Below are positions 17,095 to 26,361 of a DNA stretch of 64,000 nucleotides, one piece after another. Location: NCBI GenBank assembly GCA_018816335.1, contig JAHIVP010000013.1:19226-83225 (forward strand), in the 5' to 3' direction. The notes below the pieces were generated by a model. That model worked only from the letters and a program-made list of their open reading frames with translations, did not search any database and was not told the DNA's origin. Both the position numbers and the translations under genes were made by a program. The stretch comes from Nanobdellota archaeon. GTDB lineage: Archaea > Nanobdellota > Nanobdellia > Pacearchaeales > GW2011-AR1. Numbering within the stretch: position 1 is the stretch's first letter; each line of letters opens with the position of its first letter.

Positions 17095-17552
17095 CGTTTC
17101 TTTTTAACCCCCACAGCTCTACCTTTTTTTCTAAAATGGCTTCTAGTTCTTTGGCCTCTTGTTGGTTGCCCTAATGAATGTCTCAATCCCCTATAACTTC
17201 TTATCTTCTTTAATCTCTTAATATCAAATTCTTTTTTCAAATCAAGTTTACTAGTATTCAAATGAACTGAGTCTCCACTTTCTCTATCTTTCTGTCTGTT
17301 TAAAATATATTCTGGAAGCTTAGGACTTTCAACAAATTTTGTTATTTTCTCAATTTCTTCTTTAGTTATCTCAGAAACTTTTTTTGTTTTCTCAATTTTA
17401 AGAACATTACAAATAGCATTTGAAAAACTCCAAGAAACACCTTTAATTCGAGTTAATCCAGTATAGATATTTTTGCTCCCAGGAATATCAGTTGCCATAA
17501 TTCTAACTAGAACTTCTTCTTTCAATCCTTGTTCAGGTTTTTTTCCACTCAT
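17091..17552 (-). CDS. rps13: ribosomal protein uS13
   Basis: IYTGLTRIKGVS...RGLRHSLGQPTRGQRTRS. Confidence 0.85.
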   Translation of the reverse strand: MSGKKPEQGLKEEVLVRIMATDIPGSKNIYTGLTRIKGVSWSFSNAICNVLKIEKTKKVSEITKEEIEKITKFVESPKLPEYILNRQKDRESGDSVHLNTSKLDLKKEFDIKRLKKIRSYRGLRHSLGQPTRGQRTRSHFRKKGRAVGVKKKR

Positions 17553-17560
17553 TGTTTGGG

Positions 17561-18097
17561 CTATTTGACAAATAAATTATGTCTTTGTATTTCTGTTAAT
17601 TCCTCAAAAATCCTTTTCTCCACAGCTTTTTTTGGGTCTGGAAGATTTGGGATTCTTTTTTTAATATCCTCAAAGCTTTTAAATTCTTTGGTTTTCCTTT
17701 CTTTTACAATTTCTTGCATATGTTTTTTTCCAAATCCAGGTAACAATTCTAATTGATGCAATCTTGTGTTTATTGCCTCTGCTTTATTAAAAAATTCAAT
17801 AAATTGATTTTCATCATCTGCTATTAGATTTTCAACATATTCACTTAATTGAAGTTTTGCAGATTCTGTTAACTTCTCTCTTGGTAATCTTCCTAAAATA
17901 TAATAAATCTTGTCTCGTTTTCCTTCACCAATATAAACTTTTTCTTTTGCTTCTAAAGAAACACCTTTTCTAGGAACTAATTGTAACAAAGTCATATTTT
18001 TTATGCCTAGAGCTTGAGCTACTGGAACCATTTTCCCCTCTAACGGATATCCGTAAGGTAGATAATCTAATATAATTGCATTTTCTTCTTTTTCCAT
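17561..18097 (-). CDS. DUF655/COG1491 nucleic-acid-binding protein (OB fold plus HhH)
   Basis: ILDYLPYGYP... and HhH LELLPGFGKKHMQEIV. The ORF-track start at 18106 is a TTG; the ATG at 18097 (MEKEEN...) is the likelier start. Confidence 0.6.
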   Translation of the reverse strand: MEKEENAIILDYLPYGYPLEGKMVPVAQALGIKNMTLLQLVPRKGVSLEAKEKVYIGEGKRDKIYYILGRLPREKLTESAKLQLSEYVENLIADDENQFIEFFNKAEAINTRLHQLELLPGFGKKHMQEIVKERKTKEFKSFEDIKKRIPNLPDPKKAVEKRIFEELTEIQRHNLFVK

Positions 18098-18182
18098 TTT
18101 GTTCAAATTTGTTCATTCTTCCTCTGTGCGTAGGCACAGTCTCTGAATTTGAACAATTGAAAATTTATTATTTTCATTTTTA

Positions 18183-18488
18183 TTACTTAACATATTTTTT
18201 TACTGTATCTAACAACAATTTTATCTCTTCCCCATCTAAATTAACATCTTGCAAAACTTTCATTAAATCAATTTCATCTTCAGGAGCAAAATCAACTATT
18301 TTAACAATATGTTCCTGGTTCAATTTCATCAACTTCAAACCTTCAAGTTCTTCTTTCAACTTAACAGCTTGATCTTCTTTCAATTTTGAAAACTTCTTTA
18401 AATAGTCTATAATCTCTTTATTTTCATCACTTTCTTTGATATACTTTTTAGCTTCTGTTAAATCTAGGGGTTTTGATTCTGTAATCAT
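18183..18488 (-). CDS. rpoF: probable RNA polymerase subunit F (Rpo4), called from conserved L21e-RpoF-DUF655 synteny
   Basis: Acidic helical protein of 101 aa sitting between L21e and DUF655, as in most archaea. No strong motif. Confidence 0.45.
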   Translation of the reverse strand: MITESKPLDLTEAKKYIKESDENKEIIDYLKKFSKLKEDQAVKLKEELEGLKLMKLNQEHIVKIVDFAPEDEIDLMKVLQDVNLDGEEIKLLLDTVKKYVK

Positions 18489-18489
18489 T

Positions 18490-18741
18490 TTATTTTAATT
18501 TCCTCAAGTGAACAGGATGAATAACAAGTTCTTTTTCCATATTAAAATCTTTTAATTTAATAACATAACACTCTCCTTTTTTTCCTTCAACATTACCTGT
18601 TCTCCCATGAAACTTTTTTGGATATTTAGGAATTTCTGCAAGTTCTGAGATTATTGCTACCTTATCTCCTTTATCTAATTTTTTAAAGTATTCACTAAAT
18701 TTAATCTTCCCCCTAGTCCTTATTTCTTTTCGTTTTAACAT
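18490..18741 (-). CDS. rpl21e: ribosomal protein eL21 (L21e)
   Basis: FHGRTGNVEGKKGECYVIKL...VIHPVHLRKL. Confidence 0.75.
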   Translation of the reverse strand: MLKRKEIRTRGKIKFSEYFKKLDKGDKVAIISELAEIPKYPKKFHGRTGNVEGKKGECYVIKLKDFNMEKELVIHPVHLRKLK

Positions 18742-18905
18742 AGATACTCCTAACTAAATATTCTATTCAGTCTTAAAGAAATGTAAAGTTTCCAGTTTTT
18801 AAACCTTCCGATGTTTTTATGATTTCCTCATCGGAATGGCACTAAGATTTTAATCTTTAAACTTTCCTATCTTCCTATATTTTATTATTTAGAAGAATTA
18901 AAATC

Positions 18906-19103
18906 TCAATCTTTCAATTCTTGTGTATCTTTAGAAAATGAAATGCTTCCTTGATTCAAATTTCCTGTTCTTTCAGCTTTTTCCATATTCTCTTTTATTG
19001 CTTCTAACATTTTTCTCCCAAAAACTCCTTCTCCACACCTATCACAAAAATCAATTACACTTTCATCAGCAACATCAACTTTACAATATATACAACTTTT
19101 CAA
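18906..19103 (-). CDS. small zinc-ribbon protein (CxxC...CxxC)
   Basis: CIYCKVDV...CDRCG. Confidence 0.4.
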   Translation of the reverse strand: MKSCIYCKVDVADESVIDFCDRCGEGVFGRKMLEAIKENMEKAERTGNLNQGSISFSKDTQELKD

Positions 19104-19170
19104 TTTTTTCTCTTTTTTATTTAGATGTTAATTTTACAACTATCTTCTTTTTAAATTTTTGTATGATTAA

Positions 19171-20382
19171 TCATTCGTACCTTAATGCATCAACTGGTTT
19201 AAGTTTTGAAGCTTGCATTGCAGGCAATACTCCTGATAAACTTCCAATAAGAAATGAAAAAACTAATGCTCCGATAATTAAATACCATGGAAATGCAGCT
19301 CGTAATAAATCAGTTCCTAACCCTACTGTCGCTAAATACTCTGCTCCTTTTCCTAACCCAATCCCAATTAAAATTCCTATTGCCCCTCCAATCATCCCAA
19401 GCAACCCAGCTTCATATAAAAATAATTTTAAAATATCTGAATTTTTTGCCCCTATAGCTTTCATAGTTCCAATCTCTTTTGTTCTTTCTAATACAGAAGT
19501 ATACATTGTGTTTGCAATACCAACTCCTCCAACTAACAATGAAATTCCTGCAATTCCAATAAGCACTCCCTGAATAACTGCAAATATATCTGTAAATGTT
19601 TCTAATAATTGTTCAGAAGTTGCAACATTAAAAGTTTCTTGATCTTCTTTTTCTCCTCTTGATTTTCTTAATTTTCTTTCAATTGTATCAGCAACATCCA
19701 TAGGATCAAAACCTTTTGAAGTCTTAGCTAATATTTGGCTTTCTTCATCACCCACATTCAATATCTCTTTTAATGTTTCTTTTGGAACATGCATAATCCC
19801 ATCATCAATTGGATTTCCAATTTTTTCCATAATCCCAACAACTTTAAAATCATAATCTTCAATTTCAATTGTATCTCCAATTTCAACTCTTCTTTTCCAA
19901 ATATCTTTATACGCGTGATTGTAACCTACAACTACCTTGAATTTATCTCCATCTTTCAAACTTCTTCCTTCAATAACTTCAAACCCAGGCAAATCTTTTA
20001 GTATTTCTCTGTCTTTTGCACTTAATCCAGAAGCAAATCCAATCCCAATATCTCCTTTAAACTTAGCCTGTCCTTGCTTTACTAAAAACCCTACAGCCCA
20101 TTCAACCCCCCTTACATTTTCAATAATTTTTAAATCAACACTTGTTAGAATTAATGAATCACTTACAGCACTTCCAGGAGGCCCCATTCCTTTTGAACTA
20201 ATAATTATCTTATCACTTCCTAATTGCTCAAATTGTTCTTCTATTGCATTTTGTAAACCCTGCCCTAACGACATTAGGGCCACTACAGCAGCAATTCCTA
20301 TAAAAATACCAATCATAGTTAACCAACTTCTCAATTTCCTTCTTCTTAAGTTATTCAGTGCTAATAGAAAATAGTTTTTCAT
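19171..20382 (-). CDS. ABC transporter permease, MacB/FtsX-like, with a large extracytoplasmic domain
   Basis: N-terminal TM helix, a periplasmic domain of about 220 aa, and C-terminal FtsX-like helices ending in PVDALRYE. Confidence 0.8.
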   Translation of the reverse strand: MKNYFLLALNNLRRRKLRSWLTMIGIFIGIAAVVALMSLGQGLQNAIEEQFEQLGSDKIIISSKGMGPPGSAVSDSLILTSVDLKIIENVRGVEWAVGFLVKQGQAKFKGDIGIGFASGLSAKDREILKDLPGFEVIEGRSLKDGDKFKVVVGYNHAYKDIWKRRVEIGDTIEIEDYDFKVVGIMEKIGNPIDDGIMHVPKETLKEILNVGDEESQILAKTSKGFDPMDVADTIERKLRKSRGEKEDQETFNVATSEQLLETFTDIFAVIQGVLIGIAGISLLVGGVGIANTMYTSVLERTKEIGTMKAIGAKNSDILKLFLYEAGLLGMIGGAIGILIGIGLGKGAEYLATVGLGTDLLRAAFPWYLIIGALVFSFLIGSLSGVLPAMQASKLKPVDALRYE

Positions 20383-20396
20383 CGTAATTGAATTAA

Positions 20397-21251
20397 TTAA
20401 TACTCACTATTCTTTCTTCTCTTCTTAATAGATTTGTATAAAATATATATTAATACCAAGAATACAATTACTCCTACAACCATTAAAGTATTACTTTTTG
20501 ATATCAATCCCAATTCAACAGCTTGGTCTTGTGTGTAAGCTCTAACAACAACATTTTTGTTTTCTGTAATTTCTTTATTTTGTGAATCTCGATATTTAAT
20601 AGTTATAGGAAAATTAATATTTGAAGGTGAATTTTCATTAACAAATATATTAAACTCTGAAGAATCAAAATCATCACTATCAATATTTCCTATGTAAACA
20701 TTATCTAATCCTACTATTTTAATACCTGAACTTGGATTCAGTCGAACACTCAATAGTTTAGCATTTCCCAACCCTGAATTTGTTATTCTTATATTTAAAT
20801 TACTATTTTCTCCTTTAATTAATAAAGTATCCTCAATACTAACTTCAATCTTAGGATCAGCACTTATCATCAAACTTATCAATCCTTCACTTGTTTTTTC
20901 TTCATCATCAATCAGATATATTATCTTTACAGGAATTTTATATATCCCTGAATCAGAATCAGGAAAAGCAATCAAATTAAATTCCATTTCTTCACTATCT
21001 CCTTCATTAATCTCATCAATCAACTGCTCACTTGAACTTTGAAAAGGTGCAAAAGGAACATCTTTCAAATCTAACATCACACTAACATCTTTAGCATCAG
21101 CATTAAGATTATTATCAACTGTTAAAATTACACTAACTTTATCTCCAGGACTTATTTCAGAAGGAGAACTATCCACATCTGTAACACTTAAAGCTACAGC
21201 GAAATTTAATAAAAACATACTCATCACAATTAAACTTATTATTTTTTTCAT
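20397..21251 (-). CDS. secreted beta-rich protein with a C-terminal membrane anchor (COG1361/CARDB-like ABC-associated protein)
   Basis: Signal peptide, acidic Ig-like repeats, and a C-terminal TM helix followed by KKRRK. Confidence 0.5.
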   Translation of the reverse strand: MKKIISLIVMSMFLLNFAVALSVTDVDSSPSEISPGDKVSVILTVDNNLNADAKDVSVMLDLKDVPFAPFQSSSEQLIDEINEGDSEEMEFNLIAFPDSDSGIYKIPVKIIYLIDDEEKTSEGLISLMISADPKIEVSIEDTLLIKGENSNLNIRITNSGLGNAKLLSVRLNPSSGIKIVGLDNVYIGNIDSDDFDSSEFNIFVNENSPSNINFPITIKYRDSQNKEITENKNVVVRAYTQDQAVELGLISKSNTLMVVGVIVFLVLIYILYKSIKKRRKNSEY

Positions 21252-21562
21252 CCTAAAACCTCCAAATCTATTCCACTATCTTGTGGAAAATCTCCTAATC
21301 TAAGTTTTATTCCTGGTTGTAATTGTATTGCTCCTATCCTATCTCCTTCAGGAAGTCTCCAAGTTCCGTTTGTTGATCCTAAATCTTCATAACTCCAAAC
21401 ACCCTCATTACTATAAAATTGTCCATGTCTTCTACTAACATCAAGATGAATCTTAGGGATTGGAATTTCAGGAACATTTTCTCCAATTTTTCTCCCTATA
21501 ATATCTTCATGATGAAGCTCATAATCTACAGGAGCAACTCCACTATGAACCCTAACTATCAT
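21248..21562 (-). CDS. stand-alone FHA-domain protein
   Basis: DVSRRHGQFYSNEGVWSYEDLGSTNGTWRL matches the FHA core (SRRH...DLGSTNGT). There are 4-nt overlaps with both neighbouring genes. Confidence 0.65.
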   Translation of the reverse strand: MIVRVHSGVAPVDYELHHEDIIGRKIGENVPEIPIPKIHLDVSRRHGQFYSNEGVWSYEDLGSTNGTWRLPEGDRIGAIQLQPGIKLRLGDFPQDSGIDLEVLG

Positions 21563-22290
21563 TTTACAATCTCTCCATCTTTCAATTTAATTGTTCTTTG
21601 TGCTAATTTAGCAATCTCTAAATCATGAGTAACCATTATTATAGTCTTTCCTTCTTTGTTTAACTTTATAAACATTTGTATGATTTCTCTCCCTGTTTTA
21701 GAATCAAGGTTTCCAGTAGGTTCATCAGCAAGTATAACCTCAGGATCATTTGCTAATGCTCTTGCAATTGCAACTCTCTGTCTCTCTCCTCCAGACAGTT
21801 CATTAGGTAAATGATCCATACGATGTTTTAATCCAACTTTTGTTAACAACTCTCTTGCTCTTTCTTTTTGTTTAGCATCAGAAACCCCTTGAAAAAACAT
21901 AGGTAACATAACATTTTCTGTTGCTCTTAATGTAGGAATTAAATTAAATGTCTGGAAAACAAAACCAATTCTCCTTCCCCTTATTTGTGCTAACTCAGAC
22001 TCTCCTAAATGTTCAATATTTTTATCTCCAAGAAAAATATCTCCTTCAGTTGCTAAATCCAAAGCACCTACAAGATTCATCATAGTTGATTTCCCACTTC
22101 CAGAAGGACCAACAATTGCTATAAACTCTCCCTTTTTTATTTCTAAATTCACACCACACAAAGCCTCAACTATTGTGTCTCCCATCTTATACCTTTTGCA
22201 TACTTTATCAAGTTTTATTACTTCATTCATTTTATTTCTCCCAGAATAAATCTGAGGCACCAACCTCTTTAATCTTTCAACAATTATCAA
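21559..22290 (-). CDS. ABC transporter ATP-binding protein (MacB/LolD type)
   Basis: [24 protein letters not shown] and [11 protein letters not shown]. The probable true start is the internal M (MNEVIKLD, about 22230). Confidence 0.9.
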   Translation of the reverse strand: MIIVERLKRLVPQIYSGRNKMNEVIKLDKVCKRYKMGDTIVEALCGVNLEIKKGEFIAIVGPSGSGKSTMMNLVGALDLATEGDIFLGDKNIEHLGESELAQIRGRRIGFVFQTFNLIPTLRATENVMLPMFFQGVSDAKQKERARELLTKVGLKHRMDHLPNELSGGERQRVAIARALANDPEVILADEPTGNLDSKTGREIIQMFIKLNKEGKTIIMVTHDLEIAKLAQRTIKLKDGEIVK

Positions 22291-22313
22291 TATATAAAAT
22301 TATCCCTAAAAGC

Positions 22314-22326
22314 AAAAATTTATATA
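22314..22326 (+). promoter_or_regulatory. putative BRE/TATA (AAAAATTTATATA) for a leaderless rpoN
   Basis: TATA-like box centred about 30 nt upstream of the ATG at 22355. Confidence 0.35.
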
Positions 22327-22354
22327 CCTAAATTAAGCAACATTAATATAGAAA

Positions 22355-22555
22355 ATGATAATTCCAATGAGATGTTTTTCCTGTGGTAAACCAATTTCTC
22401 ACTTATGGGAAGAATACAAGGAAAGAACACAAGAAAAAAAAGAACAACCAAAAAAAGTTCTTGACGAGCTAGGCTTAGATAGACCTTGTTGCAGAGCTGT
22501 TTTTTTAGGACAAGTTGATCTAATTGATCAAGTTAACAAATTCAAGAAGTTTTAA
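22355..22555 (+). CDS. rpoN: DNA-directed RNA polymerase subunit N (Rpo10)
   Basis: MIIPMRCFSCGKPI...LGLDRPCCRAVFLGQVDL, the classic Rpb10 zinc bundle. Confidence 0.8.
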   Translation: MIIPMRCFSCGKPISHLWEEYKERTQEKKEQPKKVLDELGLDRPCCRAVFLGQVDLIDQVNKFKKF

Positions 22556-22820
22556 TTTTATATCTAGAAACATTCCCACATTTCAAACACCTAACAATCT
22601 TAAGACTATTTTTAACTCTCACCTCACAATTAGAACTGTCAAATAAACTATAACAATTCTTACAAAATTTTTTCCTCAACTCTCCCAACTTAATCTTATT
22701 ATGCATCGCTAACCTTTTTATCTTTTGGACATCTTTCTCACTCTTTGCTTTATTAAGTAACTCTATAATCTCTTTTTTTGTTACCTTATCAAATTTCATA
22801 TATATAATTAGAATCAACAA
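22542..22820 (-). CDS. RNase P protein component Rpp21/Rpr2 (zinc ribbon)
   Basis: CKNCYSLFDSSNCEVRV...CLKCGNVSRY is an Rpr2-like two-CxxC arrangement. Confidence 0.55.
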   Translation of the reverse strand: MLILIIYMKFDKVTKKEIIELLNKAKSEKDVQKIKRLAMHNKIKLGELRKKFCKNCYSLFDSSNCEVRVKNSLKIVRCLKCGNVSRYKIKTS

Positions 22821-22829
22821 TATAAAAAA

Positions 22830-23177
22830 TTAATCATAATTTTTTGGTATTTCTCTATAAAAGGGCGTTTCAATCTTAGGATCTCTCACCTCTTTCTTAA
22901 GTATAACAAACTCTCGCTCATTAAAATGTGCCCTTCCATTAGTTCCAAGCTCTATAAATTCCCAAGCTCTTGTACTAATAAAAGCATCTTCATAGCCTTT
23001 TGGAACATAAGCTCCTGTTCCATAAATCTTAGCAACATCACATCTTAATCTATTTGGAGTTGCAACTCCGCCTCTTGCTCTTAAACATTTTACAATATCT
23101 TTTACTAATTGTCCATATCTACTATCGTCAAAAAGAACATCTTCACACCATATTGAAAATTTATCTATCTCTATCAT
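22830..23177 (-). CDS. hypothetical protein
   Basis: ORF-track ORF 22830..23228. The likely start is the internal ATG (MIEIDKFSIW...), which removes the overlap with the next gene. Confidence 0.4.
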   Translation of the reverse strand: MIEIDKFSIWCEDVLFDDSRYGQLVKDIVKCLRARGGVATPNRLRCDVAKIYGTGAYVPKGYEDAFISTRAWEFIELGTNGRAHFNEREFVILKKEVRDPKIETPFYREIPKNYD

Positions 23178-23181
23178 TTTT

Positions 23182-23550
23182 TTATTTATCAGGAGGAGTA
23201 GGTCTAGGAGTTTCATAAGCCATAACAATTTCAGGAGTAAGTTTTTCTTTTAATCTCTTAGCATAATCATTAGCTCTAGACCTCATGAGCTCATCAACTT
23301 CAGCCTCTTGATCAATATCTCTTATTCTCTGTCCTTCAGGGGCAGTTCCTTGAGTTCTTCCTCCAGGATTATTCATAGCCCAATTTTCTTGGATTAGATA
23401 GTGATTATCAATAAATCTAGCATTAATATCCCATATTAGTATCCGTTCGTCAATATCAAAATCAGGTGAAACCTCATACTTCCATCCTTGTTGTTTATCT
23501 CCTACTGTTCCTGTTCTTGTTATGTTAATTAATCTTTTAGCTGTTCCCAT
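23182..23550 (-). CDS. hypothetical protein (122 aa)
   Basis: ORF-track ORF; no motif. Confidence 0.4.
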   Translation of the reverse strand: MGTAKRLINITRTGTVGDKQQGWKYEVSPDFDIDERILIWDINARFIDNHYLIQENWAMNNPGGRTQGTAPEGQRIRDIDQEAEVDELMRSRANDYAKRLKEKLTPEIVMAYETPRPTPPDK

Positions 23551-23600
23551 CTTAATTTATCAGAACTCTTTTTTCTTTTTAGGGTTAATTAAATATTAAC

Positions 23601-23713
23601 AAGACAGCTTATTACTTTCCCATCTTGCGGGACAGTACAGGTAACAACGTGGAAGGCTTAGCTTCTGTGTTCGGAATGAGAACAGGCGTTTCCCAACCAC
23701 TATGGCCGTCTTA
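23601..23713 (-). rRNA. 5S ribosomal RNA
   Basis: Minus sense reads UAAGACGGCCAUAGUGG...CAUUCCGAACACAGAAGCUAAGCC...CCCGCAAGAUGGGAAAGUAAUAAGCUGUCUU. The 5'/3' ends pair as helix I. This is a GC-rich island. Confidence 0.85.
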
Positions 23714-23818
23714 CATTTCTTACATATTTAGGGTTTTTAAGGTTTTTGATTTTAGCAAGTTTTATAAATATTAAATTTATACTAAATTACCTTAGGAAGA
23801 AAGAGTTCTGATATCAAT

Positions 23819-24082
23819 ATGGCAGAAGATCCGAGATATAACCCAAAACAAGTAGCAGAGATTTGTAAATACTATTGATTTTATAGATTTGATTTTCAAA
23901 GAGCACAAAAAGCAATTGAAGAGGAAGATATCACTGGATTTAATGAGGCAATGAGAGAAATTTTAAGATATATAGAGCGGATTCCTTTGAAGGTTAGAGA
24001 AGAGTTAGGAATAGAAAATAAATTGCAAGAATTCAGAAAAAATGATCCTTCCTTACCTAGGGAAATTATCCCAATTAGATAA
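23819..24082 (+). pseudogene. 88-codon reading frame interrupted by one in-frame TGA (codon 20): probable pseudogene, or possible recoding
   Basis: MAEDPRYNPKQVAEICKYY-TGA-FYRFDFQRAQKAIEEEDITGFNEAMREILRYIERIPLKVREELGIENKLQEFRKNDPSLPREIIPIR, all in one frame. Confidence 0.3.
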
Positions 24083-24125
24083 CAATAACAATAAACTTCT
24101 TAAGTATTATATTCTTAGTTCAATT

Positions 24126-24485
24126 ATGTTAAAAAAACAACAAATCAAACACATAATACTAACAGCAATATTAATGACAATAGGTTTAATCATTTTCAAA
24201 CATCTCCCTGAATATGTATATGGAAATAATATTCTTTTCGATGCTTCTCAACATGTTACAATCACAATCTTTGTTCTTTATGTTCTCTATTTTTTCATTG
24301 ACCAAAACAAATCATGGAAAATCCCATACTTTATTTTTTCAGCTGTAGTTATAATTATAATATCAATTCAAAGAATTTACTCAAATCACCATAATGAAAT
24401 AGGGATATTATTAGCACTATTAATTTCAACATCCTCAATTTTAATCTCTCATTATAAATACTTCAAAAATAAGTTAAAATTTTGA
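24126..24485 (+). CDS. hypothetical polytopic membrane protein
   Basis: The ORF-track ORF starts at 24042. The internal ATG at 24126 (MLKKQQIKHIILTAILM...) is more plausible because it avoids overlap with the upstream frame. Three to four hydrophobic helices. Confidence 0.4.
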   Translation: MLKKQQIKHIILTAILMTIGLIIFKHLPEYVYGNNILFDASQHVTITIFVLYVLYFFIDQNKSWKIPYFIFSAVVIIIISIQRIYSNHHNEIGILLALLISTSSILISHYKYFKNKLKF

Positions 24486-24593
24486 CAACAACATTTAAAT
24501 ACCTAAAATTTCTCACCTCTTTAACGGTTGTAGAAAACTGAATAAAGTATTGCTAAGAGTTGTAAGCAAAATGGATAATACATATAAGATAAC

Positions 24594-25547
24594 ATGGGAT
24601 CAAAAAGTGCACCAAGACGAGGTAGTTTACAATTCTACCCAAGAAAAAGATCAAGGAAGTTTCTACCTAGAGTGAACTGGACCCCTCTTTCTTCTACTAA
24701 ACCAATGTTAGGCTTTATAGGATATAAAGTTGCTATGGCCTCGATGTTGGTCAAAGATTCTACTGCTGATTCTCTTACAAAAAATAAAAATATCACAATC
24801 CCTGTTACAATTCTTGAGATACCTCCTATGAAAATTTATTCTGTTCGTTTCTACAAAGACAAATTATTAACTAACGAAATAATTCTAGACAATCCTGACA
24901 AAGAACTAAAAAAACTTATCAAACTCCCTAAAGATTATAAAATAAAATTAGAAGATGTTAAACCAGAAACTTTTGATGATTTAAGAGTTATGGCTTATTC
25001 TCTTGCAAAAAAAACATCACTAAAGAAAAAACCAGACATGACAGAATTCGCTTTATCTGGAGATGTAAATTCAAAATTAGAATTTATAAAAAATAATATT
25101 GGAAAAGAAATTTCTGGCTCTGATATTTTAACTGATTTAAAATTAGTTGATATAAGAGCACTTACAAGAGGAAAAGGATTAGTAGGTCCAGTAAAAAGAT
25201 TTGGAATTGGATTAAAATCTCACAAATCTGAAAAAGGAGTTAGACGTCCTGGAAATGTTGGTCCTTTCCATCCAGCAAGAGTTTCATTTAGGGTTCCAAT
25301 GGCTGGACAGTTAGGAATGTTCACAAGAGCACACTATAATAAAAAAATATTACAACTTGGAAAAATTTCTGAAAAAGATATTAACCCTCAAGAAGGATTT
25401 AGACACTTTGGAAAAATAAAAACAGACTATGTAATACTAGAAGGCTCTGTACAGGGCCCAGTAAAAAGACAAGTTTTACTAACAGCTCCTTTACGTCCAA
25501 CTAAAAAACAAGAAAAGAAAAATTATGAGGTTATAAGATTAGTTTAA
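24594..25547 (+). CDS. rpl3: ribosomal protein uL3
   Basis: MGSKSAPRRGSLQFYPRKR..., an archaeal L3. First gene of the S10-like operon. Confidence 0.9.
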   Translation: MGSKSAPRRGSLQFYPRKRSRKFLPRVNWTPLSSTKPMLGFIGYKVAMASMLVKDSTADSLTKNKNITIPVTILEIPPMKIYSVRFYKDKLLTNEIILDNPDKELKKLIKLPKDYKIKLEDVKPETFDDLRVMAYSLAKKTSLKKKPDMTEFALSGDVNSKLEFIKNNIGKEISGSDILTDLKLVDIRALTRGKGLVGPVKRFGIGLKSHKSEKGVRRPGNVGPFHPARVSFRVPMAGQLGMFTRAHYNKKILQLGKISEKDINPQEGFRHFGKIKTDYVILEGSVQGPVKRQVLLTAPLRPTKKQEKKNYEVIRLV

Positions 25548-25548
25548 A

Positions 25549-26361
25549 ATGACAAAGGCAAAAATACTAACAATCGAAGGAAAACCAGGAAAAGAAATAG
25601 AACTTCCACACTACTTTGGAGAAAAAATTAGAGAAGACATAGTTCAAAAGTTTTTTGAAACTTCAAAAAAACAACATCCTTATGGCCCAAATCCTTTATC
25701 AGGAAAAACTCATGCAGCATCAGGAAAACTAAGCCATCAAAGACACAAATGGAAAACAACTTATGGATTTGGAATTTCAAGAGTTCCAAGAAAAATTTTC
25801 TGGAGAAGAGGAACAAGATTCTACTGGGTTGGTGCTTTCATAGCTTCAGCTAGAGGGGGAAGAGCAGCTCATGCCCCAAAAATAGAACACTTTTTCACAA
25901 AAAAGAAAATCAACAAAAAAGAAATCCTAATTGCATTAAAATCTGCAATCTCAGCAACATCATCTCAAGAGTTAATAACAAAAAGATATTCTTCAATTGA
26001 AGATACAAAAAATATTAACTTTCCATTAATTGTCGAAGATAAAATCCTTAACCTAAAAACAAAAGAGTTCTATTTAGCATTACAAAAAATCCTTGGAGAT
26101 TTAAACAAACTAGCATTACAAAAAAAACAAGTTAGACCAGGAAAAGGAAAACTAAGAGGAAGAAAATACAAACAAAACGCAGGATTACTAATGATTATTG
26201 GAGAAAAAGAAAATTTAAAGATACAAGGAATAACAATAAGAAAAATTTCTGAAATTCAAATTAATGATTTATTTCCTCTAGGAAGATTAACATTATATAC
26301 TGAAAACGCAATCAACGAATTAAACAAGATAAGAGAATCAGATAAGGAAGATAAAAAATGA
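25549..26361 (+). CDS. rpl4: ribosomal protein uL4 (L1e)
   Basis: Sequence and position. Confidence 0.85.
   Translation: MTKAKILTIEGKPGKEIELPHYFGEKIREDIVQKFFETSKKQHPYGPNPLSGKTHAASGKLSHQRHKWKTTYGFGISRVPRKIFWRRGTRFYWVGAFIASARGGRAAHAPKIEHFFTKKKINKKEILIALKSAISATSSQELITKRYSSIEDTKNINFPLIVEDKILNLKTKEFYLALQKILGDLNKLALQKKQVRPGKGKLRGRKYKQNAGLLMIIGEKENLKIQGITIRKISEIQINDLFPLGRLTLYTENAINELNKIRESDKEDKK

Noticed and set aside
18938-19573. 211-aa plus-strand ORF
   Set aside because: It runs antisense to the ABC permease CDS and translates as low-complexity sequence typical of AT-rich antisense frames.
23876-23878. Selenocysteine or genetic-code reassignment of TGA
   Set aside because: TGA terminates rpl2, rps19, rps17 and the Nudix gene in this same window, and no SECIS element is evident. 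A pseudogene or sequencing error is the more parsimonious explanation.
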